Positions 9,710 through 18,293 of a DNA stretch of 64,000 nucleotides are shown here, piece after piece (position 1 is the first letter of the stretch; the number at the start of each line of letters is the position of its first letter). The stretch spans positions 133,743 through 197,742 of the forward strand of contig CP060219.1 of NCBI GenBank assembly GCA_023898365.1. Direction: 5' to 3'. Source of the stretch: Candidatus Woesearchaeota archaeon (GTDB lineage Archaea > Nanobdellota > Nanobdellia > Woesearchaeales > GCA-023898365). The notes under the pieces were generated by a model. It searched no databases. It was not told the origin of the DNA and worked only from the letters and a program-made list of their open reading frames with translations. A program made the translations under genes and the position numbers.

Positions 9710-9847
9710 ATGGCTGAATATCGATGTTTTTTCTGTAAACGGACCATCAGTGAAGATCATGTTAGACGACGAGTGCGTTGCATTTACTGCGGATCAAAAA
9801 TATTGTTTAAACCACGAACTGTGGAAACCACCATTGAAGCAGTATGA
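9710..9847 (+). CDS. rpoP: DNA-directed RNA polymerase subunit P (Rpb12/RpoP), 45 aa; absent from the ORF track because it is under 60 aa
   Basis: The translation is MAEYRCFFCKRTISEDHVRRRVRCIYCGSKILFKPRTVETTIEAV. The zinc ribbon CxxC...CxYCG(S/A)KIL(F/Y)KPR is characteristic of RpoP. The gene starts 3 nt after the rpl37ae stop. Confidence 0.75.
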   Translation: MAEYRCFFCKRTISEDHVRRRVRCIYCGSKILFKPRTVETTIEAV

Positions 9848-10059
9848 TTCGTGCCAAAATCACGTATCCCCAAAAAGTTGCGGACCTGTTTGTTGCTGAA
9901 GAGAAAACTATTGGCAACGATCGAAGCGGCTACGAAGTGAGCGTGGAAGGAAACATGACGGTGTTTAGCATCTTTGCAAAGGATGCAACCTCATTGCGAA
10001 CCATCATCACTTCAATAACAAAAATCCTCAATGTGATTGAACAGGTTGATGCCTTATGA
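9844..10059 (+). CDS. pcc1: KEOPS complex subunit Pcc1-like protein
   Basis: The protein is 71 aa and its pattern ...FSIFAKDATSLRTIITSITKILNVIEQV matches the Pcc1 C-terminal motif (A.D..aLRA..nsylr). It sits in the usual exosome-superoperon neighbourhood next to rpoP and prefoldin beta. It overlaps rpoP by 4 nt. Confidence 0.5.
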   Translation: MIRAKITYPQKVADLFVAEEKTIGNDRSGYEVSVEGNMTVFSIFAKDATSLRTIITSITKILNVIEQVDAL

Positions 10060-10352
10060 ACGAGGAAGAAACAAAGAAGATTTCGCTTCTTGAGCAAAAT
10101 CGCGAACATCTTCTCCAACAAAAAAAGCTCTTTGAAAATCAATTAGCAGAAGTTAAACTCGCACAGAAAGAAGTGGAAGCGACAGACACCTGCTATCAAC
10201 TTTTGGGCAACATCATGGTGCGTACAAATAAAGAAAAGCATCAAAAACAATTGCAAGAACAACAAGAATTACTATCACTTCGTCTAAAAACACTCATTGA
10301 TCACGAAGCAAAACTTGAAGCTGAAATAAAAACTATTAAAAATAAAAAATAG
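10056..10352 (+). CDS. pfdB: Prefoldin beta subunit
   Basis: The 98-aa protein is coiled-coil/beta-hairpin/coiled-coil. The central motif CYQLLGNIMVRTNKEK corresponds to the prefoldin beta hairpin (Y..iG.vlVk). Confidence 0.7.
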   Translation: MNEEETKKISLLEQNREHLLQQKKLFENQLAEVKLAQKEVEATDTCYQLLGNIMVRTNKEKHQKQLQEQQELLSLRLKTLIDHEAKLEAEIKTIKNKK

Positions 10353-10355
10353 GGG

Positions 10356-10625
10356 ATGAGTCGCATGCAAGAACTAGATGAAGCAGTTGATTTTCTCAAA
10401 GAAATGCAAGAAGATCACACCATTTCTAAGACGGTCAAGGCAAAGCTTGGCGTTATCATTCAAGAGCTCGAAAAAAGTGCAGACGTTTCTTTAGTTATTA
10501 ACCGCGGGCTTTCTCTCATTGAAGAAATAGCAAACGATATGAACATTCCTCCTTTTCTTCGGACTCAACTCTACAATGTTGCAGGAATTCTCGAGTCAAT
10601 CGACACGCAAGTTGAAAAGAGTTAG
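10356..10625 (+). CDS. Small conserved archaeal protein, UPF0147-like
   Basis: This 89-aa helical protein has a C-terminal DMNIPPFLRTQLYNVAGILESI reminiscent of UPF0147 family members. That family often lies next to prefoldin. The assignment is from memory only. Confidence 0.4.
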   Translation: MSRMQELDEAVDFLKEMQEDHTISKTVKAKLGVIIQELEKSADVSLVINRGLSLIEEIANDMNIPPFLRTQLYNVAGILESIDTQVEKS

Positions 10626-10805
10626 ATAGCGCAAGAAAGGGTCTTGAAGTTGCGTATCTTCTCCAAATGTTTGCTCTGAAGAAGGCACGGCCGTTTCATT
10701 CGAGTGCATCTGTTGCTGTGTGCCCGTATCTTGCATGAAGGCTACAATCAGTAATACTGCAATGACAATTCCCATTGCAAGAAGTTGCCAAAGTTTTTTT
10801 CTCAT
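10596..10805 (-). CDS. Small single-TM membrane protein (hypothetical)
   Basis: The 69-aa product has the N-terminal TM MRKKLWQLLAMGIVIAVLLIVAF. It makes a 4-nt ATGA overlap with the upstream 545-aa gene. It converges on the UPF0147 gene and overlaps it by about 30 nt. Confidence 0.35.
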   Translation of the reverse strand: MRKKLWQLLAMGIVIAVLLIVAFMQDTGTQQQMHSNETAVPSSEQTFGEDTQLQDPFLRYLTLFNLRVD

Positions 10806-12439
10806 TTTTGTAGCACCTCTAACAGCGGTAATTCAGGAGGTAAGAGTAATGGCTGCGCGTCATCAAAACAAATAGGAAGATTACGAGAATACAATCGCAA
10901 ACGAAGTTGACCCATACGAAGAGCGATGAGTTCCAAATCATGATAGGTCGCCATGTAATGATTTGCTAATTTTTTAACGGTTGCTTCATCAACATCACGA
11001 TCAAGATCAGCCAGAGCTTCTCTATCTTTCATAAATGATTCATAGGATAACGCAAGAAGAGTAGATATAGTTTCTGCTTCGCTTCGAAGTAATGATTCTT
11101 CTCGTGGTGCAAGAAAAAGAGAATCATGAAGCCGCATCCCTTGAGAAAACATTCGAATAAATAAATGGTGGAGCCGCGCATCACGCTCAATTAAATGAAA
11201 ATGAACAATATCTTCCTTGATTAAGTCAATTGTGTCAAGATGTTGTTCTTGCCAGAATTGAAGACTTGCATCCGTATCAACAGTGAAAATTTCTTTGTTC
11301 AAAAAATTGAGTGTGTTCTGATGTCCTAAAAGTGTCCGTAACATTGTATCTTTTTGTTTTGGAAAAAGTCCTTGATTGGTTACTATGCGAAGAATAAGTG
11401 TTTCAGTCGTTGCATTCAAACCAAGCAACATATAAGAAAACGCAACGGTGGAAACAAGCACACGATCTTCAGGCACGACCTGTTCGGCAAGCTGCGCAAC
11501 TGATGAAGAAAAATAGGAAAAAGTTCTTTTTGTTTTTTTATGCGAAGCAACCAGTTCAATTTCTGCTCGGCTTTGAATTTCATGAGGAAGATAACTCTTT
11601 GCATAGCCATCAGCAACAAGCAAAGGGTCTTGAAGGGGAGAAAGCTTTTCAAAAAACAAATATGATGGTGGGGCAAATTGCAAAGGCGATGATTCTAAGT
11701 TTGATCCAATCAAATCGCCGTCAGTTCCCAGTAGCAAAGGAAGTCGATAAAAAGAAAGCGAAAGCGGGTTAAAAGAACACGAAGAAGGTTGAATAAAGAG
11801 TTTCTCAAAAAGCAGTTGCACTTCAAGATTGTTAAAATTGTTGTGTATTGCCCTCGAAGAAAAATCTGCATAAATAGAACGAGAATAATTTTTTTCAGAA
11901 GAACCTACCTGCATTGAAAGAAAAGAGGCAGATAGTAAAGCAGTGCAAAATTGGTTAATATCATTAGCGAAAAGGTTCTTATGGAGATGTGCAAAGAGAC
12001 GAAAGCAATATTGAGGATAATCATGAAGAAACAACGCTTCAACACCACTAATAATTTCTTCATTAAATATAAATGGAGTGATGAGTCTTCCTGTTTGTAA
12101 AAGAGCAATCATCTGATCAACATCAAGTACCACTTCAGTACCATTAGTAAGAACAACAAAGGTTGATTTATTTTCATGAGCAAGTACTTGCTGATGCATT
12201 GAAGCAATATACCGATCTATGACAAATTCTTCTTCACGTTCTTGAGCAGCTTGAGCCAAAAGAGCAAACTCTTCCGAAACAGTCGTGTCATTCCCAAGCA
12301 AAGAAAGATTTTCATATAACACAATAACCTGTTCATCAAGAGGAATCGGCCTGGAAATAAAATCATCTAGGACCGCGCCAAAACTTGGAGCGATAAGAAA
12401 GATAAGAATAATTAAACCCCCCGACAACTTCATACTCAA
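10802..12439 (-). CDS. Secreted or membrane-anchored hypothetical protein, 545 aa
   Basis: The N-terminal signal/anchor is MSMKLSGGLIILIFLIAPSFGAVL. No recognisable catalytic motif was found. Confidence 0.5.
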   Translation of the reverse strand: MSMKLSGGLIILIFLIAPSFGAVLDDFISRPIPLDEQVIVLYENLSLLGNDTTVSEEFALLAQAAQEREEEFVIDRYIASMHQQVLAHENKSTFVVLTNGTEVVLDVDQMIALLQTGRLITPFIFNEEIISGVEALFLHDYPQYCFRLFAHLHKNLFANDINQFCTALLSASFLSMQVGSSEKNYSRSIYADFSSRAIHNNFNNLEVQLLFEKLFIQPSSCSFNPLSLSFYRLPLLLGTDGDLIGSNLESSPLQFAPPSYLFFEKLSPLQDPLLVADGYAKSYLPHEIQSRAEIELVASHKKTKRTFSYFSSSVAQLAEQVVPEDRVLVSTVAFSYMLLGLNATTETLILRIVTNQGLFPKQKDTMLRTLLGHQNTLNFLNKEIFTVDTDASLQFWQEQHLDTIDLIKEDIVHFHLIERDARLHHLFIRMFSQGMRLHDSLFLAPREESLLRSEAETISTLLALSYESFMKDREALADLDRDVDEATVKKLANHYMATYHDLELIALRMGQLRLRLYSRNLPICFDDAQPLLLPPELPLLEVLQK

Positions 12440-12516
12440 GACACATACAAAACTAAATTTAAGAATGTTGTGATTTTAATCAGATGTAGGTAACAATATA
12501 TTTAAATCACACTCAC

Positions 12517-13008
12517 TTGATAACGTTCATGAACTCGTACCTTCACTTCGGCGTTGTGGTTTTGTTGTTGTTAAGTCTTGTAGGAGGTGTGCGAGCCGCA
12601 CAAATTACAGGTACTGTTTATGACGAAGAATTTGAGCCAAAAAAAAATACGCTCTTAATCATTGACGAGACAAGTGAAAATATTCATTATCTTTCGAACA
12701 ATTCTTTCCAAATTAATGTATCTCAGGGAAAACATCATCTTGCCTTTTTCGAACTTGTTGATCAATATATTGTGCGACAAGCAACACTCTCTTTGGATGT
12801 GGAAAATGATTTGAATGTTTCTGTTATTATGCTTCCTCTTCTCGTACCGACCTTAGTCAGTGAAGCGTACAAGCCAAGCACTTCGCAAGACGCATCAAAA
12901 AGTCCCAAGAATATTATGATCAGAGGATTGCTTTCGCTGCTTGTGCTCGGAACGGGGTATGTGATCGTAAAAAAACGTCAGAAAAAATCCTTCAAGAAGC
13001 GACAATAA
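12517..13008 (+). CDS. Small surface protein with signal peptide and C-terminal TM anchor plus basic tail
   Basis: The signal peptide is MITFMNSYLHFGVVVLLLLSLVGGVRAA. The C-terminal TM LLSLLVLGTGYVIV is followed by KKRQKKSFKKRQ. Confidence 0.5.
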   Translation: MITFMNSYLHFGVVVLLLLSLVGGVRAAQITGTVYDEEFEPKKNTLLIIDETSENIHYLSNNSFQINVSQGKHHLAFFELVDQYIVRQATLSLDVENDLNVSVIMLPLLVPTLVSEAYKPSTSQDASKSPKNIMIRGLLSLLVLGTGYVIVKKRQKKSFKKRQ

Positions 13009-13033
13009 AAAAATTGTAAAAAAAAATTCAAAA

Positions 13034-13240
13034 TTATCGATCAACGGTTATGGGAATAACTCCCTTTTCAAACTCTTGTTCGGCGATCTTGAGTGGATCG
13101 TAACGAATCTTTTCAAGTTCTGCTTTTGAAAGTTTAATGAGAAAAGGAGCACCCATCGAAAGTTGCAAAGCACGGGCACCAACAATTCTTGCTTTCTCAA
13201 AACGAGTTAATCGAATGACTTCTTCTTGTTTCTTAACCAT
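13034..13240 (-). CDS. rpoK: DNA-directed RNA polymerase subunit K (Rpb6 homolog)
   Basis: The motifs [21 protein letters not shown] and [11 protein letters not shown] match the RpoK/Rpb6 signature closely. Confidence 0.8.
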   Translation of the reverse strand: MVKKQEEVIRLTRFEKARIVGARALQLSMGAPFLIKLSKAELEKIRYDPLKIAEQEFEKGVIPITVDR

Positions 13241-13249
13241 AGTTATTCC

Positions 13250-14029
13250 TCAAAGTGCTGCGATTTGTGCACGCAAATCTTTTGCTTTTGAAAAGGCAAG
13301 ATCAAGTGCTTTCTTTAATTCCTCTTCAGAAAAGGGCTGATCTCCTCCTTTTTGCATGGCGCAAACTCTTTTGTCATCAAGCGTTGTAATGGTGATGCGC
13401 GCATCACTCGCTTGTTCTTCAGCTTCAGTTGGATCAACAATTAAATTGTTTCCAATTTTATGTACAGTTACAGGAATAGGAAACTCACTTAATTTTAGTT
13501 TCTCATCCGTTAACTCGCCAAACACAACTTTTCCATTTTCAAGTTTTGGAAATCTTGTCACACGAAGTGCAGCAAGAGAAGCAATTGCTCCCAGATCGAT
13601 AAGGTTGCCATCAGCATTGAGCGGCACAATATCAACTTGCACCATCCACACCAGCTCGCCTTTCTTGATACATAAACTCTTCGTATCAAGCGATCCGCTC
13701 TCACGAATACCTCGATCAATAACTCGAGACGTTTCAATAGAATCAATTGAAGGCGGACCTTCCTCAAAATGAGGGGATGCAAGTGGACGAAGTTCGCAGT
13801 TTACCATAAGAACGCCGTCATCGGGTGTGTCAGGAAAGGGTGTTCCCGCGGTAAGCTTTACACCAACAAGTAACTCTGACTCTCCTGCAATGATCTTTGC
13901 ACTTCCTTCGGCAGTAAAAATACTTCCCACTTCGAAAGAAATTTTTCGAAATTCATCATTCTTTCGCCCATCGAGGCGAAAGCCTTTCTTAATTGCGTTG
14001 GCAACATGGGTTTTCACATTACTATTCAT
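13250..14029 (-). CDS. rrp42: Exosome complex component Rrp42 (inactive RNase PH-like subunit)
   Basis: The 259-aa protein has an RNase PH-like fold pattern (DGR...GSAKI...). It lies directly downstream of rrp41 with a 4-nt overlap. Confidence 0.75.
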   Translation of the reverse strand: MNSNVKTHVANAIKKGFRLDGRKNDEFRKISFEVGSIFTAEGSAKIIAGESELLVGVKLTAGTPFPDTPDDGVLMVNCELRPLASPHFEEGPPSIDSIETSRVIDRGIRESGSLDTKSLCIKKGELVWMVQVDIVPLNADGNLIDLGAIASLAALRVTRFPKLENGKVVFGELTDEKLKLSEFPIPVTVHKIGNNLIVDPTEAEEQASDARITITTLDDKRVCAMQKGGDQPFSEEELKKALDLAFSKAKDLRAQIAAL

Positions 14030-14730
14030 TTTTGTTCACCCTCGCTAAAGCGATCTTTTAATGCCTGCTTTTGAACCTTTAGAATTTCTTGAAGTGCTGG
14101 TTTAACAAGTGTAAGCGCCTCAAGAACTTGATCCTTCGTCATAATACCATCCATTTGCAAGAGAGTGTATTCTCCCGTTGAAGGAATCATTGCAATAGGA
14201 ACATCAGGCGTTTCATTTTCATTCATGTGTTCTTCTTCGCCATCAAGATCTACAACAAGTTCATTGTTAATTAAACCAACGGAAACTGCTGGAACAAGAT
14301 CTTTCATGGTGATTCCTGCGTCAGCAAGAGCAATCGCTGCTGCGCAAATACCTGCACATCTACTTCCCGCATCAGTCTCTGAAAGTTCAATAAACACATC
14401 AACTACTGCGTTAGGATATTCACTTAAATCAACTACGGGAAGCAATGCTTTTTGTGTAACAAGTGAAAGCTCTTTACTTCTTCTTGAAGGTCCAGGTCTA
14501 TTTCGTTCGGTCGTCGAAAAAGGAAGCATGTTGTAAGAACATCGTAAAATTCCCGTTCTCGGATTTTGCATAAATTTTGGATGCAATTCGCGTGGACCAT
14601 ATACTGCTGCATAGGCCGCGGTGTTTCCAATTTTGAAATAGGCAGATCCATCAGCTTTTTTGATCACACCAGCTTTTGCTTGGAGTTTTCGCACATCAAG
14701 ATTTGATCGTCCATCATGTCGTTTTGTCAT
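14026..14730 (-). CDS. rrp41: Exosome complex exonuclease Rrp41 (RNase PH-like catalytic subunit)
   Basis: The N-terminal segment RHDGRSNLDVRKL...ADGSAYFKIGNTAAYAAVYGPRE matches the Rrp41/RNase PH signature. The protein is 234 aa. Confidence 0.85.
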   Translation of the reverse strand: MTKRHDGRSNLDVRKLQAKAGVIKKADGSAYFKIGNTAAYAAVYGPRELHPKFMQNPRTGILRCSYNMLPFSTTERNRPGPSRRSKELSLVTQKALLPVVDLSEYPNAVVDVFIELSETDAGSRCAGICAAAIALADAGITMKDLVPAVSVGLINNELVVDLDGEEEHMNENETPDVPIAMIPSTGEYTLLQMDGIMTKDQVLEALTLVKPALQEILKVQKQALKDRFSEGEQK

Positions 14731-14732
14731 TT

Positions 14733-15617
14733 TTATTCCTCCGATCCTTGCGGCGTTTTCTCCTCGCTTGCTTGCATAGGAGGCCTATCTCGAGGCGGTC
14801 GTCGTTCTCTTCGGTCGCGTCCTTCGAATCTTGAACGAGGGCGATCACGATCTGGTCGACGCTCTCTCATTGGAGGTCGCTCAGATTCACCCACCTGTTC
14901 TTCGGGAACTTCCGGACGATTTAGCGCTTCTTCACCTAGCTTTTCTTTAAGATAGGTTTCGACGCGATTGGTTAATCCACTTATGTGAGCATATTTTTCG
15001 ATCATACGGATAGCGCCAACAACAACATATTCTTCTTCAGGTGTGCCATTGATCCAAATCAATCCATTTTGACCGACAACGATGCGACAGCCGGTTGCAC
15101 GTTTCAAAAGGGAAACCATGCTACCACTCTTGCCAATAACACGAGGCACTTTTGCAGAATTAACAGTGATAAGTCGGCCACCAGTTAATTTGCCAAGTCC
15201 CTGACCTTTTGCAGAAATATCAATAAGGTTCTGACTGGTAACATTCGTTATTTTCACCGCTGCATAATCATCAATACAAAAATACTTTGTCAAATCTGCT
15301 CCGCGAGCGACAAAATCAAATGTTCCATCTTTAAGACCGATAACAGCCGAGTAGGCTCCGCCGATATCTACGCGCCAACCACTAATCAGCACATCAATGA
15401 CTTTACCGATAACGACATCATTTTTCTTAGGTTGGTAGACGCCAGAAAGAGGCACTGTTTTCACAACCTTTCCAGAAACTTGGAGCAAGCCAAGACGGTT
15501 TGCAATAATGTGGTCATTTGCCCGATAGGTTCCCGTTGAGGGTAGAAAATCCATTCCTTCAGCAATCAATTCGCCGGGCACGACGATTGCGCGTTCATTT
15601 ACTAAAAGTTTACTCAT
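14733..15617 (-). CDS. rrp4: Exosome complex RNA-binding subunit Rrp4 (S1 + KH) with unusual ~60-aa R/D/E/P-rich C-terminal tail
   Basis: The N-terminal S1-like and KH segments are present (GxxVIGKVI..., KVPRVIGKSGSMVSLLKRATGCRIVVGQNG). The tail reads RPPMRERRPDRDRPRSRFEGRDRRERRPPRDRPP. The gene ends 2 nt before rrp41. Confidence 0.8.
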   Translation of the reverse strand: MSKLLVNERAIVVPGELIAEGMDFLPSTGTYRANDHIIANRLGLLQVSGKVVKTVPLSGVYQPKKNDVVIGKVIDVLISGWRVDIGGAYSAVIGLKDGTFDFVARGADLTKYFCIDDYAAVKITNVTSQNLIDISAKGQGLGKLTGGRLITVNSAKVPRVIGKSGSMVSLLKRATGCRIVVGQNGLIWINGTPEEEYVVVGAIRMIEKYAHISGLTNRVETYLKEKLGEEALNRPEVPEEQVGESERPPMRERRPDRDRPRSRFEGRDRRERRPPRDRPPMQASEEKTPQGSEE

Positions 15618-15835
15618 ATGTAATCCTCCGTATCTCTTTTTCTCTTAGGTAAAAGAGAACCCGATTTGATTTAAAAAGGTTTAGATACGAGCATATAAAA
15701 TAAAGGAATGACCGTTCGACAAGAAAGCCACCAAACCCGCTTCTTCAGGAGACAAACGAGTCAGTATAGTTTTTTCACCAAAAACGACAAAAAAACGAAA
15801 GTTTTAAATATGAAGTCCTGTCTTTTCGAGCTCAT

Positions 15836-16471
15836 ATGATAAAGAGATTTCAGTCAATCTTGAAACGATTCTTGTCACGTTTCCTTCGAAAACACAAGGA
15901 TGTAAAAATAGGACTATATGGTCCGCCAAACGGAGGAAAGACAACGCTTGCCAACAAGATTTGTAAGGATTGGCTTGGCATCGAAATGGGTACTGTCTCA
16001 AACGTAGCCCATGAAACAAGAGAAGTACAGTTCAAAGAAAACGTGATCATCAAGAACAAAAAAGGACAAACTATAAGTTTCTCACTTGTTGACACGCCAG
16101 GCATCGCAACTAAAATCGACTATGAAGATTTCATGAAAACAGGCATGAAAGAAAAAGACGCCAAAACAAGAGCAAAAGAAGCAACAAAAGGCGTTATCGA
16201 CTCCATCAAATGGCTTGATGACATGGACGTTGTTATTGTTGTGCTCGATGCAACTGTTGATCCCTATAACCAAGTTAACATCACCATCATTGGAAATCTT
16301 GAAGCAAGAAAAATTCCCGTTCTTATTGTTGCAAACAAGACTGATTTGAAAAAGGCAAAAATAAAGAAAGTGCAATCTGCATTTCCACAATATAAAGTCG
16401 TGCCTATTAGCGCAAGAAATGGCACACACATCGAAGATATGTACGAAGCAATCTTCGATATAGCGCGATGA
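15836..16471 (+). CDS. Small GTP-binding protein (P-loop GTPase, Era/EngB-like)
   Basis: G1 GPPNGGKTTL, G3 DTPG and G4 ANKTD motifs are present. The protein is 211 aa. Confidence 0.75.
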   Translation: MIKRFQSILKRFLSRFLRKHKDVKIGLYGPPNGGKTTLANKICKDWLGIEMGTVSNVAHETREVQFKENVIIKNKKGQTISFSLVDTPGIATKIDYEDFMKTGMKEKDAKTRAKEATKGVIDSIKWLDDMDVVIVVLDATVDPYNQVNITIIGNLEARKIPVLIVANKTDLKKAKIKKVQSAFPQYKVVPISARNGTHIEDMYEAIFDIAR

Positions 16472-16860
16472 TCATGAAATCAAAAACGTTGACATTACAA
16501 TTCATCCCCTATCAAGAAATAGAGGGACTTTCTAGCGTCAAGCGAGTTGCGAAACTCCTACGCATTGTAAAATCAGATAAAATTGTTCTTCTCGAAGGTA
16601 AATTAAAAAGCCATGAAGAAGCAGACCTTATCAGAAGAACCATGGAAGAAATCGATGCAAAGTTTAAGGGCATCGAGATCTCCGTCATTGACACACTCAC
16701 AAAGAAAGAAGATATGCAGCTCTTTGAAAAACTTCGCAAAGTAGTGCTTGGATTTATTCTTGGCGCTCGCAGCGGTTTTACGATCATTGGACCGGCCACT
16801 ATCGTAAAGGAAATCAGGCAAGATCCTGACAAAATCCAGCTCTTTATGAGCAATAAATAG
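16468..16860 (+). CDS. Conserved archaeal protein, DUF2073-like (GTPase-associated)
   Basis: The 130-aa protein makes a 4-nt overlap with the upstream GTPase gene. Its position and size match the archaeal GTPase-DUF2073-Zn-ribbon triad. The family name is from memory only. Confidence 0.45.
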   Translation: MIMKSKTLTLQFIPYQEIEGLSSVKRVAKLLRIVKSDKIVLLEGKLKSHEEADLIRRTMEEIDAKFKGIEISVIDTLTKKEDMQLFEKLRKVVLGFILGARSGFTIIGPATIVKEIRQDPDKIQLFMSNK

Positions 16861-16867
16861 GTGTTCT

Positions 16868-17269
16868 ATGGCGCATCGCTGTATTAGTTGTGGAAAAATC
16901 TACAAAGATGGGTCAGATGAAATTCTCAAGGGATGTTCTTGTGGAAGCAAACTCTTTTTCTATGTGAAAAATGAAAAAGTAAGTACACCTGAAATCCGCG
17001 AAATCGTTAAGTTAAGCAAAAAAGATCGAGATCAAATTGAACGAGACATCTTTGAAATTATTGGTGTAAACAGAGAAGAAGAGCAACCAGTCGTCTTAGA
17101 TTTGGAATCAATCAAAATCAAACGACCTGGAAAGTACGAACTTGATCTGGTCAACTTATTCAAGAAAAAACACCCTCTTGTTTACAAGCTTGAAGATGGA
17201 AAATACATGATCGACATCATCGAGTCGTTTGAAAAAATGCGCACAAACGATGAAGAAGAGAAATCATGA
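16868..17269 (+). CDS. Zn-ribbon protein (DUF2072-like)
   Basis: The N-terminal C4 ribbon is CISCGK...CSCGSKLF. The C-terminus is acidic. It is the third member of the conserved triad. Confidence 0.5.
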   Translation: MAHRCISCGKIYKDGSDEILKGCSCGSKLFFYVKNEKVSTPEIREIVKLSKKDRDQIERDIFEIIGVNREEEQPVVLDLESIKIKRPGKYELDLVNLFKKKHPLVYKLEDGKYMIDIIESFEKMRTNDEEEKS

Positions 17270-17327
17270 GCAATTATTCTTAAACAAGGGTTCATTTTAT
17301 AAATATCCATTTATTCACTTTCTCTAA

Positions 17328-17633
17328 ATGGCGTTGTTCGATTTACTTGATCCGCAAGAAGCAACTGAGGAAAAAACAAGGGTTCTTGAACAAATTTCTA
17401 GGATTCTTGGAGAAAATGACCCTGTTGGTGTTGACATAGAGGTTCAATCGAGAAGAATCGGTGTTCGCTCACCTCAGCACTTTTCTCAAATCGTGACCGG
17501 TTTCGACAACCCTCGTGTTATGACAAAAGGAGGACCTCATATTCGCATCGAAATAGGAGATTATTTTTACACCGTTCATCTAGAAAAAGAAACTGAGAAG
17601 TATGGTGACCACCCTGTTCAAAACTACGGATAA
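17328..17633 (+). CDS. Hypothetical protein, 101 aa
   Basis: It is an ORF with no recognised motif, lying in an intergenic-sized gap with its own upstream AT-rich region. Confidence 0.35.
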   Translation: MALFDLLDPQEATEEKTRVLEQISRILGENDPVGVDIEVQSRRIGVRSPQHFSQIVTGFDNPRVMTKGGPHIRIEIGDYFYTVHLEKETEKYGDHPVQNYG

Positions 17634-17684
17634 CAAAATATACTAGTTCACATTATTTCAAGAAAAGAGGAATAAACAACTAAA

Positions 17685-18128
17685 ATGGCGATAAAAAAAG
17701 GCGACAAAGTAAAAGTTGATTACACCGGAACGCTCGATGATGGATCAGTATTTGATGATTCAAAAAAGCACGGCCAACCACTCGAATTTGAAGTTGGAAG
17801 CGGCCAAGTTATTAAAGGATTTGACGACGCGCTTATGGGCATGAATGTTGGCGATGAAAAAGACATCACGATCGAATCAAAAGATGCGTACGGAGATCCT
17901 CGAGAGGACCTGGTTAAGAAAGTTCCTCGAGACCAATTTCCAAAAGACCAACAATTAGAAAAAGGCATGATTCTTGTAATGCAGCTTCAGGACGGTATGC
18001 AGCTCCCCGCTACTGTTGTCGACGTCAGCGACAGTGAAGTGACCATCGACTTAAATCATCCGCTTGCTGGAAAAACACTTCATTTCAAACTTACCGTTGT
18101 TACAATCAACGAAGAAGCAAAGAAATAA
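17685..18128 (+). CDS. FKBP-type peptidyl-prolyl cis-trans isomerase (SlyD/short archaeal FKBP)
   Basis: The motifs KGDKVKVDYTGTLDDGSVFDDS...PLEFEVGSGQVIKGFDDALMGMNVGDEK are a classical FKBP signature. The protein is 147 aa. Confidence 0.8.
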   Translation: MAIKKGDKVKVDYTGTLDDGSVFDDSKKHGQPLEFEVGSGQVIKGFDDALMGMNVGDEKDITIESKDAYGDPREDLVKKVPRDQFPKDQQLEKGMILVMQLQDGMQLPATVVDVSDSEVTIDLNHPLAGKTLHFKLTVVTINEEAKK

Positions 18129-18293
18129 GTGGTTCCACCTTTTTCCACGGAAGACTTAAAAGCAGTAATCACCCCATTCTTACTATAAAGAGTTTTTAAA
18201 CTACTTGAAAATAGTAAACTATATAAATGTCGGTCCATGACCGATCAATGCGTATTTACTCTTATGTAAAGACACTTGGGGAGGATATGAAAA

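Noticed and set aside
11398-11772. 124-aa plus-strand ORF inside the 545-aa minus-strand gene
   Set aside because: It is an embedded antisense ORF with basic low-complexity translation.
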